Below, piece after piece: positions 1 to 15,766 of a DNA stretch of 64,000 nucleotides. Each line of letters starts with the position of its first letter. Within the stretch, counting starts at the first letter, position 1. The DNA is taken from contig OZ024742.1 of NCBI GenBank assembly GCA_964016885.1, forward strand, positions 305,474,001 to 305,538,000, in the 5' to 3' direction. A model generated the notes under the pieces. It ran no database searches. It worked only from the letters and a program-made list of their open reading frames with translations, and was not told where the DNA came from. The position numbers and the translations under genes were made by a program. The DNA comes from Eledone cirrhosa. Its lineage: Eukaryota.

Positions 1-536
1 TAACCATTTTCTTGAGTGACCCATGTTTTTCATCAGCCAGATAGAAATGTCAATATTCCCGAACAGAAAATTATCTTTATGGACTTTCATCTTGCACGAC
101 ATGACCCCTTCACGCGATATGAAAATTATTCCTCATTATTAGTGGTACCTGATTCATTTTAAATGATACGGGTTGTGTGCTGTTTGGCTATCAGATTTCC
201 TTTTTTCTTTCCTTTAAATGTCGAGTATCACTCCATTCTTCTCCTTAGAAAAACAAGAAATATGTCGTCTACTATTTTACAAGAATTTTTTTGAAGTAGA
301 AATGGTAGATTGTTAGAAGTAATGTGTGGGGGTATTTAGTTAAGCTACTTTATTCTCTGCGTTCAGGTTTTACCTGATCTTTACCTTTCACCCCAAAAGG
401 ATTGGTAACACAAGTAGTTCTCATATACAGGAGTCTTTGAAATTTAATTCAGCCTGCCAAATCTTTAAATTATTATTATTACTGTTATGTTAGCTTACCT
501 TTTCAGATTTGGAGCTGCAGGTCTAGTACGGCGTGC

Positions 537-765
537 ACGGTAGATTGGTAGTATTGGTAGAGCGTCGGACACCATGTTTTGCAGCATAGAGTTATTACCC
601 TTCATTATCATAATTCAAATCCCACCGAGATTAGCTTTCCCTTTCATCCTCACGGGGTCGATAAAATAAAGCACCAGTAATGTACTGAGGTCGATTTAAT
701 CGACATCCCCCCACCCACCCCACCCTAAAAAAATGGCTTGCCTTGTGCCTATAGGAGAAATCATA
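537..765 (+). mobile_element. SINE copy, family 1 (core CTTTCATCCT..CGGGGTCGATAAAAT..ACCAG, Meta-SINE-like central domain)
   Basis: Aligns by eye end to end with 43183-43370; degenerate tRNA-like head with TTCAAATCC B-box remnant. Meta-domain label is from recalled consensus, not a search. Confidence 0.7.
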
Positions 766-784
766 ATTATTGGTATTGAGAAAC

Positions 785-938
785 GACCCTTTGCGTTTTG
801 AGTTCACCTCCCACCGAGGTTAGCTTTGCCTTTCATGATTAAGGGTCGATAAAATAAAGTACCAGTCATACATTGGTGTCGATTTCATCGTCTTTCCCCT
901 TCCTCAAAATTGCTGACCTTGTACCTAAAGTAGGAACA
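785..938 (+). mobile_element. SINE family 1, partial second tandem copy
   Basis: GAGTTCACCTCCCACCGAGGTTAGCTTTGCCTTTCAT...GGGTCGATAAAATAAAGTACCAGT...CCTTGTACCTAAAGTAG matches 537-765 and 43183-43370; ends in (TTA)n. Confidence 0.7.

Positions 939-983
<45 letters not shown>
939..983. repeat. (TTA)n microsatellite at LINE 3' junction
   Basis: Direct reading. Confidence 0.95.
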
Positions 984-985
<2 letters not shown>

Positions 986-1075
986 TCTTTGAGTCTCAGT
1001 CATTGATGTTAGATAACTGGAAAGTTTGTTGAAATGAATATCAAGCCACTACCTGCAGCCTCAGATATTCAGGAC

Positions 1076-1750
1076 TTATCGGAGGGTTCTTGCTGTTCCC
1101 AGCAAGCATGCCTTTTGAAGCGTTCCAAAAAGCGTGAAGGGGCCAATTTTCTTTAACCATCCTTGGAAACTTTTTGAGATAGTTCCTAGTGCGCCTATGA
1201 CAATCGGGATCACTTTGACTTCATGGCAGTTCCAAATCCTTTTTACCTCCCACTTTAAGTCCTGGTATCGGTTAATTTTCTCCCTCTCCTTCTCTTGCAC
1301 TCTCGTGTCGAATGGGCAGGCCACATCCACAATCAGGCACGATCTTTTTTCTTTGTCCACAACCACCAGGTCAGGTCTATTGTGTTCCAGTTTCTTTTCC
1401 GTCTGTATCCTAAAATCCCACAGCACCTTCACCTGATCGTTTTCTATCACCGACTCTGGCTTATGCTCATACCACTTCTCATAATGTGGTAAATTGTTTA
1501 CTTTGCATAGGTGCCAGTGGATCACCCTGCCCATCACATCATGTCTCCAGCCCTTATAGTGAGTCTGGGCTAGGTGTTTACACTCGGATACAATGTGAGC
1601 CACAGTCTCCTCTCTCTCTCCACAGATCCAGCACAGTGGGCTAGCCTCCTCCTTGTAAATATGGTGTTTCAACCACTTCATTTTGAGGGCCTGCTCCTGC
1701 GCAGCCATTAACATTCCTTCTGTAGCCTTTTTAAGGTCTCCTCTTTTCAA
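1076..1750 (-). pseudogene. Zinc knuckle plus restriction-like endonuclease portion of the same ORF
   Basis: CWICGEREETVAHIVSEC and RPD..D..K motifs; ends RTLR* where the sister copy reads RTLRYVLNI*. Confidence 0.9.
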
Positions 1751-1849
1751 CCAGTTCCATGTCTGTGGATCTCTAAATTCAGTTTTCTCAAAGAAGGTAC
1801 TATGAAGGGATTTTTCCTGAAGGCTGCTCTTTCTCCTTGATGTTATTTA

Positions 1850-3652
1850 CTACTTGGACATGCCCTGGCCTATTGTCCCCTCCTTCAGTACAGTTCTGAG
1901 CATTGGCTCCTTACTATCAGTCACGTATTTCTGTAGGTTGTTTTTCTCCATCTGAACACAGTCCTCTATGCTGATAAGACCTCTTCCACCTTCAGATCTC
2001 CTTAAGTAGAGTCTATCGACATCACTCCTCTTGTGGAACAAGTTGTAGATAGTCAATAGCTTCCTAGTCTTCCTATCCATTTCTTTTTGTTCAGCAATAT
2101 TCCATCTCAGAATTCCCACACTGTACCTAATAATAGACACAGCTCGGGAATTTACTGCACTTATGGCATTCCTACTGTTCAGATGTGACTTTAATACGCT
2201 CCTTACTCTCCGAATGTATTCAGTTCTTATCAATTCCTTCATTTTTTTGTTCTTGATGTCATCAGCCTCCAGAACACCCAAATACTTGTATCCTTCTTCA
2301 GAGTCAATTTCCTTTATCATCTCACCTGTTGGTACCTGGATTCCGTTACTTCTGCTCAACTTACCCCTCTTTATCACAATGACTCCACACTTACTAATAC
2401 CAAATTGCATACATATATCATTGCTGAAAATACGGACAGTGTCAACAAGCACATCCAACTCCTTCTCACTCTTCCCGAAGAGCTTAAGATCGTCCATGAA
2501 GAGGAGGTGATTGATGGTAAGCCCTCCCTTTCCCAACCTGTATCCTGCTCTCACTTTTCGCAGTACACTGGTGACGGGCATCAGGGCAAGGACAAACAAC
2601 AGAGGGGACAGACTATCTCCCTGGAAGATACCTCTCTTGATCTTCACTCTTCCCAAGGATTCTCCAGTTGATGTTAACTCTGTTTCCCAGGACTTCATAC
2701 TTTTGCCCAACAACTGTCTGATGCTATCTGCCACCTTGAAGATCTCCAGGCTTTTGGTGATCCAAGAATGAGGCACCATGTCAAATGCCTTTTTGTAGTC
2801 TATCCATCCCATGGCAAGACCAGTGTGTCTCCTCTTGCAATTCCTCATTACCATCTTATCAATAAGTAACTGGTCCTTTGTACCACGTGACTTCTTTCGG
2901 CATCCTTTCTGTTCGTCCGGTAACAAGTTGTTTGTGTGGAGGTGATGGTAGATTTCCTCAGACATAATGCTTGTCAACAGTTTCCACATTACGGACAGAC
3001 ATGTGATAGGTCTATAGTTGGTAACATCATTACCCTTGATTCGGTCTTTCATTATCAGAACTGTGGTACCTTTTGTCAACCACTCTGGTACCTCACCTGA
3101 CATCAAGCAGTCATTGAACATGGCTGTCAGTTTCGGGTGGAGGGATGTTATATTTTTAATCCAATACCCCTGCACACCATCTGGGCCTGGTGATTTCCAG
3201 TTGGTTAGTTTTTTGGCCTGCCCCTTAAGAGTTTCAACTGTGATACTCAAATCAGTTTGTTGGTGTGCCTGTTCACTAATCTCCTTCTGTACTGTCTCAA
3301 TCCACACTGCCTGGTCATTATGTTTAACACCCTGCTCCCATATTCCTCTCCAGAATGTTTTAGTTTGTTCCGCCTCAGGGATCAAGTCGTTGCCTCTTTC
3401 TTTCCCTTCAAGCTGTCCAAACAGCATCTTCTGGTTGTTGTCGAACATGCGGTTCTGTCTATACTGACTGACTCTGTTCTCGTATCGCCTGATTTTTGCA
3501 CTCTTTGCTACAATGCGTTGCTTCAGTTCCTCTATGATAATATTTAGCTTTTTCCTCCTAGTTTTGTACTTTATTTCCAGTCTATTTTTAGTGTCTATGT
3601 TTTTTAGTGTCCCATTCAGTAGGGACTCAAGCTTTCCAATGTCATTTCTCAT
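1850..3652 (-). pseudogene. Reverse transcriptase portion of the R4/Dong-like ORF
   Basis: 600 aa with the RT motifs above; upstream in-frame TGA in PW*KKRL near 3684. Confidence 0.9.
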
Positions 3653-3770
3653 TTCCCTGATTTGACTACTCAGTCGTTTCTTTCACCAAGGCTCTGATCT
3701 TTCTTGTCTGTTGTTTCCTCTCGCTTTTATACCAAGTAGTTTCCTCACCGTATTTGCTGTTGCTTTGAGG

Positions 3771-3803
<33 letters not shown>

Positions 3804-3813
3804 GTTATTGTTA

Positions 3814-4646
3814 TTCCTTGAATCTCAGTCATTGATGTTGGTTAACTGGAAAGTCCGTTGGATTGAATATCAAGCCACTACCTGCAGCCTCAGATATTCA
3901 GGACGTATCGGAGGGTTCTTGCCGTTCCAAGCAAGCATGCCTTTTGAAGCGTTCCAAAAAGCGTGAAGGGGCCGATTTTCTTTAACCATCCCTGGAAACC
4001 TTTGGAGATAGTCCCCAGTGCGCCTATGACAATCGGGATCACTTTGACTTCATGGCAGTTCCAAATCCTTTTCACCTCCCACTTTAGGTCCTGGTATCGG
4101 TTAATTTTCTCCCTCTCCTTCTCTTGCACTCTCGTGTCGAACGGGCAGGCCACATCCACAATCAGGCACGATCTTTTTTCTTTGTCCACAACCACCAGGT
4201 CAGGTCTATTGTGTTCCAGTTTTTTGTCCGTCTGTATCCTAAAATCCCACAGCACCTTCACCTGACTGTTCTCCATCACCGCCTCTGGCCTATGCTCATA
4301 CCATTTCTCAGAATGTGGTAGATTGTTTACTTTGCACAGGTGCCAGTGGATCACCCTGCCCATCACATCGTGTCTCCAGCCCTTATAGTGGGTCTGGGCT
4401 AGGTGTTTACACTCGGACACAATGTGAGCCACAGTCTCCTCTCTCTCTCCACAGATCCTGCACAGTGGGCTAGCCTCCTCCTTGTAGATATGGTGCTTCA
4501 ACCACTTCGTTTTGAGGGCCTGCTCCTGCGCAGCCATTAGCATTCCTTCTGTAGCCTTTTTGAGGTCTCCTCTTCTCAACCAGTTCCATGTCTGTGGATC
4601 TCTAAATTCAGTTTTCTCAAAGAAGGTACTATGAAGGGATTTTCCC
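3814..4646 (-). mobile_element. Second, shorter 5'-truncated R4/Dong-like copy (RLE domain + 3' UTR)
   Basis: ORF 3890-4579 nearly identical to 1076-1750; (TTA)n at 3771-3813 and 4647-4705. Confidence 0.93.
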
Positions 4647-4705
<59 letters not shown>

Positions 4706-5285
4706 GTGTTGAAGTGGCCTAAATTCTAGAGTACCCCCCCCCCCAAAAAAAAAATTGCCCTTAATTAATGCTGAAGGGGTTGATAAAATAAATACGAGTC
4801 AATTACTGGCATCAATAAATTCGAGAATCCCCTCCTTTCTGCCTTTATTAGAAACAATAATACTTATTAATTTTGGGGGAAACGCATAAACATTTATTAG
4901 ATTGTGGTATTTATGTCCCTTTAAATTCTGAGTTCAACATCCATTTTTTCTTGATTTTGCCTTGCAACCTTTCTGGGACGATGAAATATTTTCTATTCAA
5001 GAACTGAAATCGATTACACCCCTTCTCTCGAAATGTATGCCCTTGTGTTGAAGGTAGAAATCATTATTATTAGTAGTATTATCCTATTGATGATGACGAC
5101 GATGAATGTAGGAATAGCATTTAACGAAGCATGCCTGTGTTCCGAAGGAGGGTTTGTTTCTTTTCTTTTATTTTCTTTGTGAGTGTGTATACGCCTGCGG
5201 CAGTTGTGGAACAGCTTATCGTCTAAAAGCAAAACCTGTAGCCAAGAGCAACTATAGTAATAATGATAATAGCAAAAATAATGGT

Positions 5286-5599
<314 letters not shown>

Positions 5600-6554
5600 A
5601 AAGATGCAGGAAGACAGGGAAAAAAGTCCGAAGAAAATTTAGAGAAGATAGATTGATAGATTGATAGATTGATATGCAGTAGAAGGAATCAGTGAAAAGT
5701 ATGGAGGGTGGTGGGCAGGATAAAGGGGACTAAATCAATAAGTTAGAGGCTAATGGAGCCACTGCATAGAGTATGACACATTAAAGATGAGGTAGAGGTT
5801 GACTGATGTATAAGAAAGACAGAGTTGATGCTACATAGGGAAGAGGAAAATAGGGAAGACTAAGAAAAACAGAGTGGGAGCTAGAGTAAGAGTGGTGAAG
5901 GTGGGGGGAAGAGCATACAAGATTTTAGGAAAGGAAGGAGTAGGAACAATTGTTAGTTTTACGAAGGCCGACAACTGACGTGACATGACTCAGCTGAAGA
6001 ACTAAGCCCCGTTCGTCGCCATATTTCTGTTGAGATTTTATATTTATTTTTTATATTTATTTATTTTTGCATCGAAGCACTGTTGATGGCAGCCAGCCAT
6101 CTTTGTATTAAGATCTGCTTCTGTGGTGGTGGTGATGGTGGTGGTGGTGGTGGTGGTGGTGGTGGTGGCGGCGGCGTTGGTGGTGGTTTTGGTGGTGATG
6201 GGGTGGGTGTTTTTGTGGTGGTATTAGTTACATAGTTGTGGTGATTGTTATTGTTGATGTTCTTGGTAGTTTTGATGTTGATTTCAGTGGTGGTAAAAAC
6301 ATGTTTACGTTGTTGTTGTTGATGTTGTTGTTGGTGGTGGTGGTACTGTTGTGGTAATGTTGTTATGGTTGATAATGTTAGGATTGTGATGATGGTGATT
6401 TCATTGTACTGGGTTTTATTGATAATATTTTTTGTTGGTATTGTTAGTTAGTAGTGGAAATTGTGGTGGTTAAGATGCAATTTAAGATGGCGGTGTTGTT
6501 GTTAGTAATGGTGGTTGTCGTTGTTATTGTTAGTAATGGTAGTTGTAGGTTTGT

Positions 6555-6820
6555 GAAGGTTCGTGGATTAGTATTTAGGGTAACGATGGACAGGTCGTGA
6601 GTTCGATTCACGGCGTAGTGTTGTGGTGTGGAGCAATACACTTTTCCCTACTCCAGTCCACTTGGCTTGCAAATATGAGTTGCGCTTGTTATTGAATTGT
6701 CAGAAACTGTATCACGCTGAATCTCCCTGAGAGCTACGTTAAAGGTGCTCGTTAATTTCACATGCAGGCTATTCCATTGTTCGAACTAGTGGAACACTCA
6801 TCGTCGAATCCGACGGAGAT
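6555..6820 (+). mobile_element. Degenerate tRNA-derived SINE (family 2-like)
   Basis: B-box GTGAGTTCGATTC followed by TTGTG..GAGCAATACACTT..CTCCAGT..ATGAGTTGCG, similar to the reverse complement of 62238-62574. Confidence 0.55.
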
Positions 6821-6822
6821 CC

Positions 6823-6960
<138 letters not shown>

Positions 6961-7771
6961 ACGCCGTTGTATATTAAATGGTGGATATAGAAATGGTTAT
7001 ATTGGTGATGTTAGTGGTTATGTTGGTGATGTTGATGATAGTGGTTAGCATGGTGTTTTAACTGCTGCTGTAGTTGTTGTTACTAGATTGTTGTTGATGG
7101 CTGTGATGGAGTATTTTGGAAGTAGAACATCACCATCACCATCATCCATGTAGTTTCTCATCTTCTTAGTTCTTTCTGATGAAGTCCTGCTGTTGATGTT
7201 GATTATGGATGGTGGTTACAGCCAGCGGTGGAGCTGGTGGTGTATTATTTGAGTTGTACAAAGCGGAGGGAGAGAGGTGCAGTTATTGCAAGCTTGGGGC
7301 AAGGTGAAGGCTGGTGGATGATGGAGGTTTTTAGTATTGACAACATGAAACTGCCTTGTTTAAGGTCTGATCAAGTGAGCAGCAACAGCAGCAGCAACAC
7401 CAACAGCTGCAGCAGCGGCGTTGTCGACAGGGACAGTAGGAGAGCGAGGGCGACAGCAGTGGCATATAATAAATAAATACATATTTCCTATTATTTCCGA
7501 GTCAATGCTGCGATGAATTTTCTGGATGCATGGAGGGAGAATTAGAAAATTCCCCAAGGAAAATGTACGTTAGTATGTATGAGAAAGATAGAAAGAGCAA
7601 AATAGAGAATATGGGTGTAAGGAGAGTTAGGAAAGACAAAAGACTCCTGGGCCCTTTATTTACCCCCTGCTTCCACTCCGCCTTCTTTCCTACCCGTTTA
7701 TCATCTGATCCACAAGTTGAACATGTTCAAAGAGGCACACACATTCCATGATGAAAATTATCTGGGGAACA

Positions 7772-7824
<53 letters not shown>

Positions 7825-8289
7825 TCACCATATGACGCTATAGCTTAAATTCATCTCTCTTTATCCCTCTTTATTTTTTCTAATCTCCCCCTGCTCCCCC
7901 TTTTCATATATTTTTTTTTTAGGATTTTACATAGACAACGTCTTCCTCACTTTCTATCGTCTTCCACTCTATCTTTCTTGTTTATTCTCTTTCTTTCTCT
8001 CTCCCATATTTACTTCATCTTTTCTCAGCTTAGCTCTTCCATCAATTCCTCTTAAACCACTCTCTCTCCCCCTCTCTCTCTCACTCTCTTTCTCTTTCTC
8101 TCTCTCTTTCTCTATCTATCTATCTATCTCTATCAATATGTTACACATAAACACTATCTCAATTTTTACTCTTCATTCATTTCTCTCTTTATAACTAAAT
8201 CTCTCTCTTTCTTATTACTGTTCCTTCATTCCCTCTCTCTAGCAATCTCTTTCTCCTTTCATCATTCTCTCTCCCCTCTCTTTCATTCC

Positions 8290-8325
<36 letters not shown>

Positions 8326-9034
8326 CTTTTTCTTGCACGCTCTCCTCTCTCATATCTCTCTTCCTTACTATCCTTACTCTCTCTCTCTTTCATCTCTCTC
8401 GGTCTCTTTCCCCTGTCCTCTCTCTTATTCTTTTCTTTCCTCCTCATCTGCACCCGTGCACGAATAAACGCGCATACGCGCCAAAACGAGACATGATCCA
8501 AAGTAATGAAGTAATGGTAGTTTCTTTCCCTCTCTTTTCTCTCTTCCTCATGCCTCACCCACACAAACATATGCATGGGCACACATGCATATGAGCATAT
8601 AAATAAATCGGAGTCTTAAGAGTATATTTTAAAGAGTACTTAAAAATAATTTGTATAAGATAATATATACTTTATACGGATATTTGCACACATGTATATA
8701 TAATGTGCATTGCTTTCAGTACATTTCTAACTAATACTGAATGTCTTTTCCTGATTGTTCGCATCATAAAAATATTTTCAAGCTGTACAATATATCAAAA
8801 GTGCTTTAGATTTATAAATACGGTATTTGAGAAATAAAGTATAATAGGAAATAGGGTTGGTTCGTATTTGTAGATGTGAAAAAGCAGGCAACTTAAACTA
8901 AGAATGCATGTTAAACTAAAAATCTTTTGAGCATATATTCAAATATGTCCACATAGATATTTACACACTGAAAGGTTTTATATATACTTGTTCACAATGA
9001 TATATAGATAGGCAATAGCTGGGCCGCTCTCCTA

Positions 9035-9067
<33 letters not shown>

Positions 9068-11251
9068 TTTGTGTCCGTTTTCCCTTTGTTGCTTGTGTTA
9101 TTAGGGTAATGTTCATTACTAAGACTCCCCGCGTGTTGGCGTACCATTTCATTTCATACTAGAATTTTGCATCCTGAAATGTTCCCTCACCATTTCCACC
9201 CTTGTCTTCCCTAATCATTCTCTCCCACAAGTTCCTCCCACTTTACACAACTGTCATCTTTCATACACTTTCCACGTCCACCTCACTCCACTCCAATCTC
9301 GTTACTTGCTTGCACGTTACATCTGACTCCTCTTATGTCCAACATTTCTTATCTTATTTATGCGCCGTCGTTCATTCACACTAACATCATAGGGCTAATA
9401 TAAAATACTCGCTATTTTTGGTTTCAGCTTTCACACATTCCCTACATTTAATGCCCGTGTTTTGCTACCATACAACTTCGCATTTCGCAGACAAGCAGTT
9501 AAATAAATAACTAGATAAATAGCGAGATAAATAGATGCATAGATAAATTGATAATTTGATAGATAGATGGATTGAAAGGAGGATAGTGATAGAAAATGAT
9601 AGATGGATGGACAACTAGATACATAATGGATCATGTTTCTACGAACAAACATAAAAAAATACAGGAAATTGATCAAGAGAACAAATAACAAGAACACAAG
9701 ATCTATATATGTGTGTATGCTAATATTTAGTGTGCATTTCATTAGAAGTGTTAGAAATCCAATGAAAAACAATTGCTATATCATTGTTGGTTTTCCCAGC
9801 AGGAGCTTTGATAGTAGCAGGGTTTCTTAAGTGAAAGGTCAAAATGTTTTTTGATAAGTATGTTTATTGGTATTGGATTGGTAGAACCGTTAGAACATTA
9901 CTGTATTTGTTCCTGCTCTTCATAATTTATTAATGAAATGATTTTTGTCCTAAAAAAGCGTGAAACGTGATAGTAACAAACGGAAAGCAGTTAGATTAGT
10001 AGTGTAGTACATAATCTCAAATTGCAACAAGTTTTACCGTACTAATTACTTCAGGTGTTTCTACTCGTAAGGCTAGAAAGCAGTGGAAGAAAGAACACAC
10101 CGGATAAAAATATAAACATCCACAAGAATAGACACCAGAAACTGTTGTTTCCAGAGTACCAAGGTTCACGGGGTTTCCAAAATAATGGAAAATATTGTAT
10201 CATCAGCATTCCCTAGAACCTCACGCTTAGTCGTAATACTCTGGAGAGAAGTGGCTATTTGTCGCAGAGAACAAATATAGTAAAACAAGCAACAGAATAT
10301 GTAGAGCCAAAACCGATGGCATGTACGTTAACACGCAATCTGGAACTTCAAAATGGGCGTGGAAACTATGTATTGTAGTCTGGTTACGTTGGAAATGTTG
10401 GTAAGAAATGTAGGTACTATCATAGAAGTTTAGGATCAGATTTCAAGTATTTATGTACAATAGAAAAACATATTCAATATATTACAAATAAATTCTTGTA
10501 GGTTAGACAAGTAGCTACGATAGGGATAGGACGTAGGATATATGAATGCCAACGGCTTCTTTGATGAGAATAGCTGGTGTATTATTGAAAATGTTATTAC
10601 TGATTTAAAGTAAGTTGTAGATGAATATCAATGGCGTTACTGCTTCTTCGAATGCCACAAGCAAAGTATAAAGAAATAGCTCCAACTGGGAATCGTACAT
10701 AGATAGCGAGCTCAGTACTTTCAGAGCTTAACTCTATGTTATAGTGTCTTGCCAATAATAATTTCTTTATTTACCGCAGATGCAGCAAAAAAAAAAAAAA
10801 ATCATATATAAGCTATATAGAATATATATCAATTCGTTTTTTTTCTTTCCAATTACTTCATAATTTTGCACTTTCTCGATACCAAAAATATACACATTTT
10901 TAAAAACCTTTTACTGATTTCAATAACAGCTTGTTTAAAGAAACTGCAGACTTATTCGCGAGATTGGCAGCTTGATTCGTCTGCTCTATGTCATGATAAT
11001 ATATATTCTATTTTCGATCACTATAATTCCTGAGGGTATATAACACTCCACACTACACATACATACATGTATTTAGACACGGCTGTTCGCACCTTTCACA
11101 CAACACACACACACAAACACACACTTATTCATGACTGTGAGAATGGGTCTAAATATTCTTTTAATCGTTGAAGCAGAACAAACATCAACTTCCTTCACAC
11201 TTATAGTTAAAAAACAACAACACCGCAATATCTTATTCGCACACAATATAC

Positions 11252-11379
<128 letters not shown>

Positions 11380-11404
11380 TATATATACACACACATACGT
11401 ATAT

Positions 11405-12101
<697 letters not shown>

Positions 12102-12108
12102 TACATAT

Positions 12109-12158
<50 letters not shown>

Positions 12159-12260
12159 TAAAATAACAGATTAAAGTTTAATATATATATATGTCAGCGA
12201 CCGCTCTGTATAATCAGTTCCTGATTATTACTGGAACTCTATAAGAATCGAACACACATC

Positions 12261-12354
12261 ATTTTCAGCAAACAGGAGCAGTAGTGAGCTTTGATAAGTA
12301 CCAAAATGTACGAAACAGAGCTCTGTCAGTTTATCTCCCCTGTTTGCTGAAAAT
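12261..12354 (+). other. Degenerate HHR-like fold (core TTGATAA) inside a 16-bp inverted repeat
   Basis: GAGCT-TTGATAA-GTAC(caaaat)GTAC-GAAAC-AG-AGCTC, enclosed by ATTTTCAGCAAACAGG/CCTGTTTGCTGAAAAT; no NUH triplet. Confidence 0.45.
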
Positions 12355-12455
12355 TTAAATAAGTGACATTGTCACTATTTAAAAACAATAGCGTAAGGTC
12401 TTCAAAATGCTTTTAATTAAGCATACAGTGTATTGCAAAATACACTATATATACA

Positions 12456-12499
<44 letters not shown>

Positions 12500-12508
12500 C
12501 ATACATAC

Positions 12509-12557
<49 letters not shown>

Positions 12558-12649
12558 AGCGTGCATACAAATATTATACACGCATATTTAATATATAGAC
12601 ATATATGTGTGCCTATAGCTGTGTGTGTCTGTGTGTGTGTGTGTGTGTA

Positions 12650-12924
<275 letters not shown>

Positions 12925-13422
12925 GTATATATATATATATAAATATATATATATTGTTATACTTGGGGAGGGTCATATCGTTGTAATAATATTTCCAGAA
13001 ATAATAACGGAACACACTCACTGTTTGGTTGGTTTTTCGCTTCTGTATCTTTTATATCTCCACAGTTAATTCATTTTGTCATCAATATTTATCACTGACT
13101 GACCAACGGTCAAAAATACAGATATAAATACATATATATCCTCTAACAAAGTTCTTTCGTTGCACATCTGCAACATCATCAGTGGTACTATTATGTTTCC
13201 TCTTGTTGTATTGTATGTCTACGCCATTTTTATTTTATCTGTTTATTTATTTATTTATTTTTGTCTTCGTCTCTGCTCATGCGTTTGCGTGTGTGTATAG
13301 TGTTTGGTGTGTGTGTTCTCGTTTAGGTGACTCTGTTTCAGTTATTGTATTCTATCTTAGTTTATTAGTGTGTGTTTACATGTGTTTGTTGTTATTGTGC
13401 TTGTGTATATATATATATATAT

Positions 13423-13457
<35 letters not shown>

Positions 13458-13990
13458 TATTTCTCTTAAGTCAGTATTGTTTGTTTGGGTATTGTTATTT
13501 CGTTCATTTTTTTCTGTTTAGTTTTGGCTTTCTAAGCTCTATTTCTCTTGCCTCTCTGATTTGGCTACCTGCTGGGTCATTTCTATGTTTACATATATTA
13601 ATTTCTATGTTGTCTATGTTACCGTCATGTTGTCTGGCGTGTTCGTATAGTACTGAACCGTTTTTTTTTTTTGCCCTTTTAATTCCCCCCAGTGTTGGTC
13701 TATTCTTTCTCCTATGCTTCGAGCAGTCTCACGTATGTATGTTGTTGTCAAATATATATATATATATATATATACATGAGAATATATGTGTATATATATA
13801 TATATACATGCACATCTGTCTATCTGTAAATAATAATTATCTGAAACACCATGGAGAGGATAGCTGGATATCCACATATTAGCATTGAGGGCTCAAACTG
13901 GTGAACCATCAGTAACTAATTATTAAACACCAATACACTATCTACACATATGTGCAAATATATCATATATATGGATATAAATAAATTGAA

Positions 13991-14042
<52 letters not shown>

Positions 14043-14055
14043 ATATATATATATT

Positions 14056-14160
<105 letters not shown>

Positions 14161-14161
14161 A

Positions 14162-14201
<40 letters not shown>

Positions 14202-14584
14202 TGTGTGCATATGCTTATACTTATATTTGTATATATATTACACAGATGTGTAATGAGGATGTATATGTGCGTATGTGAGTGTATACATTCGTTTGTGCGA
14301 ACAGTAAATGTCGAAATGTTGACACGCGTCTCTAGGTCTATACATATGCAAAGGAAAAAAATGGCTAGATTCGTATCTGTCCATACAATTTATGACACCA
14401 TTAAAGGTAATTATAGGTGTAAGTCCCTTACACATTGAGTAGGCTGCCATGATTTATCTATTTATTTTTTATTTATAGAATCTAGGTAAATAGGCAACAC
14501 ATTTTGCTAGCTTTTGATACTAACTATCTATATGACTATTTTTCTGCTTCTGTCTTTCTGCCTGTTTTTCTGTCTATCTCCCTA

Positions 14585-14646
<62 letters not shown>

Positions 14647-14648
14647 AT

Positions 14649-15564
14649 GCTCAGGCGCTCAGGGCTCTCTGGCAAGCGGGCCAGGCCATCGGTGGAGAAT
14701 CCACCTCATCATTCTATAGAGGGCTGGTGGCTAGCAGGGGCGATGACACCCTTGGAGAGTCGCTGGACATGGAAGAAGACGAACTGGCCAGCCTGTTCGG
14801 TAGGACTTTCGGCCCAGGACCAATGGACAACTTCCAGAAGTCACTGGCCTGGCAGTGCTACCGAGGGGCTCTACCCGTTCGAGAGAGGCTCTACAGACAC
14901 GGGCGCCCGGGCAGGGATCCCTCAAAAAAGATTTGCCCTAGATGCGTGCGTCACGAAGAAACCGTAGCGCACGCATTGGTGCAATGTCCGGGCGTGGCTG
15001 ATCTGTGGGGCTACGCCGAACAACTGCTGTCGCGGGTGGCGCCGATTAAATTGACCGCCGAGTCCGTGATGACAATCAAACCGCCTCGCCTCTTCACAAA
15101 GGAAGCAAAGGCGGTTTTTCTGTGCGTAATAGCCATGTTGAAAGAGGTTGTTTGGTGGACACGATTGAAAGGTCTGAGGTCAGGCAACTTCCTCTCTGGC
15201 CATAGTCTGGTCTACTTCTTCCGATATCACTTCGGAAGAAGGATAAGAATGGAGAGAGAGGTGCTTGGCCACAGGCAGTTTTATGAAAGGTGGGTGATAG
15301 TGGCGAGAATGGCTCGTGTAAATGGGCCTTCTCTGTATACCATCCTGTAGGTAAAGAAGTAAAGGAGAGGGGAGCACCTTCTCCATGTGCTCCCCGGGCA
15401 AAGGATTGCACACTTTTTCGGGGGTGTGTGCAACCCCCATCACGTCCCCTCCCTTTTGAGGTTATTTTCGATTATTTTCATGTTACACCCTTTTTACTCG
15501 ATTATATGTAAACTCCCCCTTTGTATTTGTCCCTTCTTTTTATGCCTTTATGGTAAATAAAGAA
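14649..15564 (+). mobile_element. L1/Tx1-type LINE 3' fragment (ORF2 C-terminus with CCHC + 3' UTR)
   Basis: Open frame 14649-15350 with CPRCVRHEETVAHALVQC, homologous to the end of ORF 48821-50671; AATAAA near 15556; (TATC)n on both sides. Confidence 0.9.
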
Positions 15565-15630
<66 letters not shown>

Positions 15631-15732
15631 ATACCTATCTATCTGTCTATCTACCTAATCTATCCTCTTATCTATCTATCTATCGTTTGTATCTCTCTCT
15701 CTCTCTCTCTCTCTTTATATATAAATATATAA

Positions 15733-15766
<34 letters not shown>

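Larger units (their letters stand above)
984..3770 (-). mobile_element. R4/Dong-clade non-LTR retrotransposon (RT + CCHC + RLE), 5'-truncated, inactivated
   Basis: ORFs 1850-3652 and 1076-1750 are in the same frame, separated by TAG TAA at 1847-1852. Motifs KSPGPDG, NYRPITCL, DYKKAFD, GIFQGDSLSP, FMDD, CxxC..HIVSEC and RPDLVVVD..DVACP. (TAA)n on both sides. Confidence 0.93.

Noticed and set aside
1134-4321. Plus-strand ORFs overlapping the R4/Dong copies
   Set aside because: Antisense shadows of the LINE ORF.
7176-7195. CTGATGA as a hammerhead core
   Set aside because: No helix II or downstream GAAA.
10050-10750. Unique sequence with hydrophobic minus-strand peptides (FWLYIFCCLF, SFWCLFLWMF) suggesting a decayed membrane-receptor gene
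   Set aside because: Frequent stops, and T-rich DNA gives such peptides by chance; needs a profile search.
13090-13124. CTGACT-GACC(aac)GGTC-AAAAATAC as an HHR
   Set aside because: Both core boxes defective; may be a decayed copy but not supportable alone.
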